From positions 1,417,436-1,449,435 of the forward strand of contig NC_003902.1 in NCBI RefSeq assembly GCF_000007145.1: a stretch of DNA of 32,000 nt, given 5' to 3'. The DNA comes from Xanthomonas campestris pv. campestris str. ATCC 33913. GTDB taxonomy: Bacteria > Pseudomonadota > Gammaproteobacteria > Xanthomonadales > Xanthomonadaceae. Positions 1 through 6,899 of this stretch are shown piece after piece. Within the stretch, counting starts at the first letter, position 1; each line of letters begins with the position of its first letter. Position numbers and translations under genes: made by a program. The notes under the pieces are model-generated. The model ran no database searches. It was not told where the DNA came from and saw only the letters and a program-made list of their open reading frames with translations.

Positions 1-4
1 TTCG

Positions 5-1090
5 TTGGTGGAGGACGTACTTAGGCCGATCGTGTTGGCCGAGCGCACTATTCGTGTGCGTGACCAGACCAGCGTGACCGGTCTGCTAATGCGTTCTGCC
101 GACATCCCGGTCGTGGAGGGCGTGACCACCTCGCAAGGCGATCTGCGTGCGGCGTTGACCATCGATGCGCTGGGTCGCGGGTCGTCGTTCGCAAAGTGGC
201 TGCGGGCAGCCGGTGTGCATCCACCCGAGGAAACGGTGGAAGGCTGCGGTCTGGTGTATTTCACCCGCTGGTATCGCATTGTGCAGCGGCCGAGCGTGCG
301 GCTCGATGCGGGCTTTTCGGCAGGTGGCTACGCGCTATCGAGTGGTTGCATCGTCTGCCCTGCCGACAACGGCTACGCGTCGATCACCCTGATGGTGACT
401 CACGCGGACAAGGCCTTGCAGGCGTTCACCGAGCCGGCCGCGTTCACCGCGGCGGCGCGGTCGCATGTAGGCATCGCGCCATGGCTTGCGCCCGGCGCCA
501 TGGATGCGCTGTCGGGTGTGCTGCGCTGGCCGCTCTGCGAAAACCGCTATCGCCCCCTGCTTGTTGAAGGACGCCCGCGCGTGTTGGGTGCGATTGCGGT
601 CGGCGATGCGCTGTGCATCACCAACCCGACCTATACGCGCGGCATGTCGCTGGCGATGCGGTATGCGTTTGCCATCGCCGATCTGCTGCAGCGCGATGGT
701 CTGGATGATGCGCATCGGATTGCGGTGGAGGCAGACGCCCTGGCGCAGGATCTGGTGCGTCCGTGGCATGACGATGGCGCGGCGCAGGACCGCGTGCGCA
801 CAGCGCTCTGGGCGGGCGCGCCGGCTCCACCCACGCAGGCAGATGCGATCACCTTGCAGCAGATCGCGATGGCATCGCGCCACGATGAGGTTGTTTGGCA
901 AGCGCTGGCGCGGCGTTCGGGAATGCTGGATGCGCCTGAGGCCATCTTTCGCCAAGCCGAGGTGTTGGAGCGTGTGAATTCCATCCTTGAGCGTGTGCAG
1001 CCGTCGCCACCGGCTGCTCCATCCAGAGGCGATCTTCTGCGTGTTCTCGAACAACACCGCAGCGTTGATTTTGCGCATCCACTTGCGTGA
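5..1090 (+). CDS. FAD-dependent oxidoreductase/monooxygenase-like protein (5' partial, runs off the left edge)
   Basis: The frame is open to the window edge; the TTG at 5 is only the first start-like codon. It has a flavoprotein-hydroxylase-type C-terminal GD motif (AVGDALCITNPTYTRGMSLA) and high GC3. The TGA at 1088-1090 overlaps the next gene's ATG. Confidence 0.6.
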   Translation: MVEDVLRPIVLAERTIRVRDQTSVTGLLMRSADIPVVEGVTTSQGDLRAALTIDALGRGSSFAKWLRAAGVHPPEETVEGCGLVYFTRWYRIVQRPSVRLDAGFSAGGYALSSGCIVCPADNGYASITLMVTHADKALQAFTEPAAFTAAARSHVGIAPWLAPGAMDALSGVLRWPLCENRYRPLLVEGRPRVLGAIAVGDALCITNPTYTRGMSLAMRYAFAIADLLQRDGLDDAHRIAVEADALAQDLVRPWHDDGAAQDRVRTALWAGAPAPPTQADAITLQQIAMASRHDEVVWQALARRSGMLDAPEAIFRQAEVLERVNSILERVQPSPPAAPSRGDLLRVLEQHRSVDFAHPLA

Positions 1091-2373
1091 TGTCCTGGCC
1101 CGTTATGGAGTCCGCCATGCAGTCCATGTGGGAGTTGGATGTCAGTCCGACACGTTTCAAAGCGCATTTTTCGCTCGATCCGGGCGTGGCATGTCTCAAC
1201 CACGGCATGCTCGGCGCCTGCCCGATTTCAGTGCAGCAGCGGCAGAGTACCTTGCGTGCACAACTGGAGCGGCAACCGGCTGCATTCGTGCTCCGCGCGT
1301 TACCCGCTCTGCTCGATACAGCGCGGAATTGCTTGGCCGAGGTGATCGGTGCCGACCCGCAAGATCTGCTGCTGTTGCCCAATGTCACCACCGCCATGAG
1401 CGCGGTGCTGCGCTCACGCATATTCGCACCGGGCGACCAGATTCTGACCACCGACCACGCCTATCTTTCCTGCCGCAATTTGCTCGAATTCATTGCGCGC
1501 AGCACCGGCGCCGAGGTGATGGTCGCGCCTGTCAAGGTACCGGTGCAACATCCCGATGCGATCGTCGATGCCGTGCTTGAGCGGGTGACAGCGCGCACCC
1601 GCCTGGCGGTGCTCGACCATGTCACCAGCCCGACCGCGATCGTGTTCCCGATCGCACGCCTGGTCGAGCGCCTTGCAGCGCTCGGCATCGACACGCTTGT
1701 GGATGGCGCGCACGCCCCGGGTATGCTGCCACTCGACGTTATCGCCATCGGTGCGGCGTATTACGCCGGGGATTGCCACAAGTGGCTGTGCACGCCGCGC
1801 GGTGCGGGTTTTCTGCATGTGCGCCGCGATCGCCAGGATGGTTTGCATCCGCCGGTGATCAGTCGCGGGTATGGCGATGCAACGCCGGGCCGGCCGCGGT
1901 TGCATCTGGAATTCGATTGGCTGGGCACGGCAGACCCGACTGCCTTGCTGTGCATTCCCGCTGCGATTGATTTTCTGGCCACGCTGCTGCCTGGTGGGTT
2001 GCCCGCGGTGTTCGCACGCAACCATGCACTGGTGACGCAGGCCGCTGCGCGGTTGGCGCAGGCCTTGCCGCTCGCGCGCCTTGCACCCGATGCGATGGTG
2101 GGCAGCATGGTGGCATTCCAGCTGCCGGATGCCGCGAGCGATGCGCCCGACGATGCCGCGGCGTCGTTGCAACGTTGGCTTTACGACGCACATCGCATCG
2201 ATGTGGCGGTGACGCCCTGGCCGCATCGAACTAACCGCACATTGCGCATTTCGGCGCAGGTGTACAACGCAGCGGAGGATTTCATGCAGCTGGATGCGCC
2301 ACTTGCGCAGTGCTTGGCGCCTGATGACAGGCAATCGAACAATCAATGCCGCACCACTGAGGTCATGCGATGA
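1090..2373 (+). CDS. Class V (fold-type I) PLP-dependent enzyme, isopenicillin-N-epimerase/cysteine-desulfurase-like
   Basis: The ATG at 1090 overlaps the upstream TGA (GTGATG); a GTG at 1087 is an alternative start. It has an N-terminal LNHGMLGACP motif and a PLP-lysine context DCHKWLCTPRGAGFLHV. The stop overlaps the next ATG (ATGA at 2370-2373). Confidence 0.75.
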   Translation: MSWPVMESAMQSMWELDVSPTRFKAHFSLDPGVACLNHGMLGACPISVQQRQSTLRAQLERQPAAFVLRALPALLDTARNCLAEVIGADPQDLLLLPNVTTAMSAVLRSRIFAPGDQILTTDHAYLSCRNLLEFIARSTGAEVMVAPVKVPVQHPDAIVDAVLERVTARTRLAVLDHVTSPTAIVFPIARLVERLAALGIDTLVDGAHAPGMLPLDVIAIGAAYYAGDCHKWLCTPRGAGFLHVRRDRQDGLHPPVISRGYGDATPGRPRLHLEFDWLGTADPTALLCIPAAIDFLATLLPGGLPAVFARNHALVTQAAARLAQALPLARLAPDAMVGSMVAFQLPDAASDAPDDAAASLQRWLYDAHRIDVAVTPWPHRTNRTLRISAQVYNAAEDFMQLDAPLAQCLAPDDRQSNNQCRTTEVMR

Positions 2374-3161
2374 AACAGCCCGGCTTCGAAGACAAGCATG
2401 TGTTGATCACCGGCGGCGCCGGTGGCATCGGCATCGAGCTGATACGCGTGTTCGCAAACGCATCCTGCCGGGTGACATTCACTCACCGCCCAGGCGAAGA
2501 CAGCCGGCGCCGCGCACTCGACCTGGTCGCGGCGTTTGGTGACGATCGTGTCCACGCACATGCATTAGATGTCGGCGATCGGCGGAGCCACGCTGCTTTC
2601 ATGCAAGCTTTGACGATGCCGGTGGATATCGTGATCCACAACGCCGGCGTGGGCACCAAGACCGTGGAGCGTGCGGCTGCCACGTACAAGGAACAGGACG
2701 AGGCGTTTTTTCGCGTCAACACGATCGGGCCGTTGTGGTTGAGCGAAGATCTGATTCCCGGCATGCAAGCGCGCGGGCAGGGCAAGATTCTGTTCATGAG
2801 TTCGGTGGATGGTGGCATCACCCACTTTCCGCGCTTCCGTGCGGCCGATGGCATGAGCAAGGCGGCCGTCGCGTTTTTGGGCCGGCAACTTGCTGCAACG
2901 CTTGCCTGCACCGGGATCGACGTGTTCACCGTATGTCCGGGTGCCACCGATACGCCGATGTTCCAGGCCAGTACCTTGAATGCGCTGTCGCCGCAGCAGC
3001 GACAGGAGCTGGAGGCCTCGCTGCCTGGTGGCCGCCTGATCGAGCCGCGCGAGATCGCCGATCTCTGCTTCTACCTTTGTCGCGATGAAGCGCGCATCTT
3101 GCGCGGCGCTGTCATCGACGCCTCGCTTGGCTTGGGCGTCTGCCCAGCCGTCATGGGATAA
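2370..3161 (+). CDS. Short-chain dehydrogenase/reductase (SDR) family protein with an atypical active-site motif
   Basis: It carries the TGGAGGIG cofactor motif, NAGV, RVNTIG and the MSSVDG serine. Where YxxxK is expected the sequence reads DGMSK (AADGMSKAAV). It also has PGATDTPM. Confidence 0.85.
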   Translation: MKQPGFEDKHVLITGGAGGIGIELIRVFANASCRVTFTHRPGEDSRRRALDLVAAFGDDRVHAHALDVGDRRSHAAFMQALTMPVDIVIHNAGVGTKTVERAAATYKEQDEAFFRVNTIGPLWLSEDLIPGMQARGQGKILFMSSVDGGITHFPRFRAADGMSKAAVAFLGRQLAATLACTGIDVFTVCPGATDTPMFQASTLNALSPQQRQELEASLPGGRLIEPREIADLCFYLCRDEARILRGAVIDASLGLGVCPAVMG

Positions 3162-3172
3162 GGAAGCTACGT

Positions 3173-4297
3173 ATGCCTGTACCGTCGAATAGTTTTTGGG
3201 AACAGTGGCTCATCGCGCATCGTGCCAAACCCGAGGCGTGCGTGACGTATTCCCTATCGCCTTCACCCCCCTTGCAGCAGTTCCTGTCGCAACTCGATCC
3301 TGCACTGTCGCTGGACTGGTCGGGTGAGGATTACCAGGGATTGCCGAGCCTGCGCGAGCGGGTACTGGATCAATATGGCTATCGCCCCAGCTGCGGCGTG
3401 GACGATGTGCTGATCACCGCCGGTGCGCAGGAAGCCAATTACCTTGCATTGACGCAGTTGTTGAGTGCTGGCGATGAATTCGTCATCGATGCGCCCGGTT
3501 GGCAACAGCCGCTGGTGCTTGCCGAGCAGATCGGCGCGATTCCCAGGCGCGTGGCGCGCACGGAAGCATCCGGATGGGCGTTGGACATCGCGCAGCTCGA
3601 ATCGCTGGTGACAGCGAAGACCAAGCTCATCTTCCTGTGCAACCCGAACAATCCCACGGGGCGCGTGGAAGATACGCAGACACTGCAACGCATCATTGCC
3701 GCAGCAGATCGGGTCGGTGCGTACGTCGTCTCCGATGAGGTGTATCGGGGACTGGAGTGGACCGAGCAGGAGACCCCGCGCATCGCCACGCTCTACGAGC
3801 GTGGCATCAGCACCGGTAGCGTGTCCAAGTTGCTGGGTCTGCAGGGTTTGCGCACCGGCTGGATGGTGACGCGCGATAGTGCGCTGTTGAACGCTGCGAT
3901 GGTACTGCGCGAGAACACCAGCGAGATCATGAACGTGCTGGGCGAGCGGGTGGCCGAGGTCGCGCTACGACCGGAGCACTTCGATGCGGCGGTGGCGCAT
4001 TCGCGCACGGTCGGGCGCGAACGGATCGCATTGCTGGATCGCTTCGTCGCCGAACAACCCGCACTGACATGGACACCGCCGCAAGCCGGGCTGCTTGGGC
4101 TTGCACGACTGCAGTTGTCGATCAGCGCCGATGATTTCAGCAAACAGCTGCTGGCGCCGCCGTACAACACGTTCGTGATGTCGGGTGGTGCGTATGCGTG
4201 CCCGCAGCATCTGCGCCTGGGAGCAGGGGGCGTGTCGTTGCCCGAGCTTGAGTTGGGGCTTGCGCGGATGGCGCAGTTGTTGGCCGTCGTTGAGTAA
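3173..4297 (+). CDS. Class I/II PLP-dependent aminotransferase
   Basis: An AAGGAAG Shine-Dalgarno sits 7 nt upstream of the ATG. The protein has the LCNPNNPTG motif and the PLP-lysine motif SVSKLLGLQGLRTGW. Confidence 0.85.
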   Translation: MPVPSNSFWEQWLIAHRAKPEACVTYSLSPSPPLQQFLSQLDPALSLDWSGEDYQGLPSLRERVLDQYGYRPSCGVDDVLITAGAQEANYLALTQLLSAGDEFVIDAPGWQQPLVLAEQIGAIPRRVARTEASGWALDIAQLESLVTAKTKLIFLCNPNNPTGRVEDTQTLQRIIAAADRVGAYVVSDEVYRGLEWTEQETPRIATLYERGISTGSVSKLLGLQGLRTGWMVTRDSALLNAAMVLRENTSEIMNVLGERVAEVALRPEHFDAAVAHSRTVGRERIALLDRFVAEQPALTWTPPQAGLLGLARLQLSISADDFSKQLLAPPYNTFVMSGGAYACPQHLRLGAGGVSLPELELGLARMAQLLAVVE

Positions 4298-4379
4298 AGC
4301 CAATGGTCGTCTGCCTACACCAGGCCCTTGGCGTCGGTGGAGGTGGGCGCGAATCGCCACCTTACAGACGCACCACGTT

Positions 4380-4964
4380 TCAAGTCGAAAGCGCCCAGCC
4401 TGAGCGCAAGACGTCCTGCAGCACCGGTTGGGCGCCGCTATCCGCGCCGCCGTTGGCAGCTCCTGCCCATGCGATCGCGAGCGCGGCCAGAAAGATGTCG
4501 CGGCCGGTCAACGTTTCCCGCGCCTGACCGGAGCGCTGTGCAGCCTGCAGAAAAACGCTTGAGGCCTCGACCATGGATTGGCATGTCGGCCTCAACACCG
4601 AGCTCGGTTGGCACCATGCGGCCCGTAGCGGTTCCGGCAGACCTTCGTAGGCGTTCATCCAAGTTCCCAGCGCTTCAATCCATCGCTGCAGCGCACACCC
4701 TGGGTCGTGCTCTTCTGCAGTGATGGCCATGCGCACTTGCTCGATGTTGGCGTGATGCGTTTCGAGAAGCGCGGCCAGCAGGGCTTCGCGGCTAGGGAAG
4801 TGGCGATAGAGCGTCCCCGGGCCAACGCCTGCGCGCTTGGCGATGCTGTCCATCGAAACGTTGATGCCTTCCTCGGCAAACGCGTCGCTGGCGACCTCGA
4901 GAATGTGGGTCTTGTTACGTTGGGCGTCGGCTCGGGGAGGGCGTGGCTGAACGTTGGGAGACAT
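4380..4964 (-). CDS. TetR/AcrR-family transcriptional regulator
   Basis: It has an N-terminal helix-turn-helix (ILEVASDAFAEEGINVSMDSIAKRAGVGPGTLYRHFPSREALL). I prefer the ATG at 4964 (MSPNVQ...); the ORF-track start at 5006 is an alternative. It is divergent from the 5156 gene. Confidence 0.85.
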   Translation of the reverse strand: MSPNVQPRPPRADAQRNKTHILEVASDAFAEEGINVSMDSIAKRAGVGPGTLYRHFPSREALLAALLETHHANIEQVRMAITAEEHDPGCALQRWIEALGTWMNAYEGLPEPLRAAWCQPSSVLRPTCQSMVEASSVFLQAAQRSGQARETLTGRDIFLAALAIAWAGAANGGADSGAQPVLQDVLRSGWALST

Positions 4965-5155
4965 GGTCAGTGGGTCTGCTGCTTGATATCCGGAGTGTAT
5001 CTCCATATAGTTCTTGTGGCAAACGGAGGGGCTCTCCTTCTTGGGTATTGTGAATCACCAGGCTTTGGAAACTGACGAGGGGATCAGCTATGGCCGTCTC
5101 GGGCGAGTTCACTGATCGACCAACAAAACCCCACCTACTTTAGGAAGGCACGAAC

Positions 5156-5890
5156 ATGAAAATCGGCATCATTGGCGCAGGCAACATCGGTGGCACGTTG
5201 GCGCGCAAATTCGTCGCAGCAGGTCACAGCGTCAAGTTGGCTGGATCCAAAAGCCCCGACAGCATTCGCGAACTGGCTGAAAACATCGGCGCCGAGCCTG
5301 TTGCGGCTGTAGAGGCGGTCAAGGACGTGGAGGTGATCGTATTGTCGATCCCGTTTGCCAAGATTCCCGAGGTTGCCGGCCTGTTCTCCACCGTGCCTGC
5401 GGAGGTGGTGGTGATCGATACTTCGAACTACTACCCGCAGCTTGGCACCCGGATACCGGAAGTCGACGACGGCGAACTGGAGAGTGTCTGGGCGAGGGAG
5501 CAACTCGGCCGGCCCATCATCAAAGCGTTCAACGCAATAATCGCTAAGACACTTGCTGACGGTGGCAAGCCCGCAGGTACTGATAACCGGATCGCTATTC
5601 CAGTAGCAGGCGACAGCCTGGCCGGCAAAGCGATCGCGCAGCAGCTGCTCGACGATGCCGGGTTCGACGCGCTCGACGCGGGGACGATTGCAGACTCGTG
5701 GCGGCAGCAGCCCGGCATGCCTGCGTACTGCACCGAGCTTCCGCTTGCCGCATTGCACTCGGCGCTCAACGTTGCAGTCAAGGGCGACGCACCGCATCTT
5801 CGCGACGCGTTGATGGCGGAGTTCTTCGGGGGCGATATACCGCCAAGCCACGAGACGATCGTTGCGCGCAATCGGGCCGTGAGTGCGTAG
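5156..5890 (+). CDS. NAD(P)-binding oxidoreductase (F420-dependent NADP reductase / ProC-like Rossmann family)
   Basis: It has an N-terminal MKIGIIGAGNIGGTLA (GxGxxG) motif and an AGGAAGG Shine-Dalgarno upstream. It is divergently paired with the TetR gene. Confidence 0.7.
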   Translation: MKIGIIGAGNIGGTLARKFVAAGHSVKLAGSKSPDSIRELAENIGAEPVAAVEAVKDVEVIVLSIPFAKIPEVAGLFSTVPAEVVVIDTSNYYPQLGTRIPEVDDGELESVWAREQLGRPIIKAFNAIIAKTLADGGKPAGTDNRIAIPVAGDSLAGKAIAQQLLDDAGFDALDAGTIADSWRQQPGMPAYCTELPLAALHSALNVAVKGDAPHLRDALMAEFFGGDIPPSHETIVARNRAVSA

Positions 5891-6736
5891 TGCCGAGGAA
5901 TGCGGCGTGGATGCATGCACTTGCCGGCCACATGACTTCTCCCAGCCACAACGCAATAGCTGGTTGAGTGGCTGGAACGCAACACGGCGATGGCGCCGTG
6001 CTGACGACGCCAACGCGCGATCTAAGCCCTAAAACTTGACGGTAGACAGCATTTTCAGCATCTCGTCGTAGCTGCCGTCGGCCATTGCGTCGCTAGTGCT
6101 TCAACTTGCCCTGCTTGAGTTTCTCCCACGTGTCTTCGGCTTGCTGAGACAAGCCGCCGATATGGCGTATCAAACAGATCTCCATGCTGATATCCCAGTG
6201 CGTGTGTCTGGGCGCTGCATGGACCAGCCGCCTTTTGGCCACGTCCTTCCACCAGCGTGCGCGGCAGCCAGGCGGCCCCGCCACTGCAGCGGCACATCGC
6301 TGCCCACCACAACTTGCTCGAATTGTTCGGGGTCCAATCCAAGCCGCATACGCGGCTGATGGTGGCAAAGCAGGAATCGCGCTGCCCCTTGCAGCGCTCG
6401 TACATCGATGAAGTCATTTCAAACCTATGTTACCTCTACCAAGCGACGCGCCTCTGGCGTCGCGTAGGTCGTGGATCGAGGTCCTGATCAACACAGTTGC
6501 TCCACGGTTGCGGCATGCCTTGGGGTATCGTACAACTCGCGCACTTTTCGGCGATTCTGCTCTGGACCATGATTTCAGCCTCAATTGCACGCGAGTGCAA
6601 GGCGCTGCGTGCGACTGAAGTGACCATTTTAAGTCGAACGTAACAATGGCGGCGCGGTATGTATCTGGTACAAGTTTTCGCGCCGAGTGAAGGTGCCCCG
6701 TAGGATCCGTTGTGCGGCAGGGGTGTCGCCCGCACA

Positions 6737-6758
6737 TTCGTTTTTGCGCTTTTTTCGC
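6737..6758 (+). promoter_or_regulatory. PIP-like element with non-canonical spacing (TTCGT-N12-TTCGC) upstream of hrpF
   Basis: Read directly: TTCGT at 6737-6741 and TTCGC at 6754-6758, about 140 nt upstream of the hrpF ATG. The spacer is 12 nt rather than 15, so function is uncertain. Confidence 0.3.
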
Positions 6759-6899
6759 CAAAATAGTTCATCGGCGCATGCATCCCGTACCGGGAGTGGC
6801 AACATTAGAGCTCGCCGCATGAGACATGCCCGTGTGACCGTATGAGCATGTACTTATATGCAGCAGCTCCGCCACTGCTCTGTCACTGCGAGGCCGCAC

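Noticed and set aside
5135-6013. 292-aa minus-strand ORF overlapping the oxidoreductase gene
   Set aside because: It is antisense to a gene with a clear Rossmann N-terminus and SD. It has no motifs and an Arg-rich composition.
6858-6899. ORF-track upstream starts for hrpF (6858), hrcC (26648), hrpB1 (20974), hrcN (23736), hrpB5 (23024), hrcR (16328), hpaA (15407), hpa1 (29257)
   Set aside because: Each extension either overlaps the preceding gene extensively or lacks an RBS. The internal starts I chose give stop/start coupling, visible SD sequences and protein lengths matching the recalled homologues.
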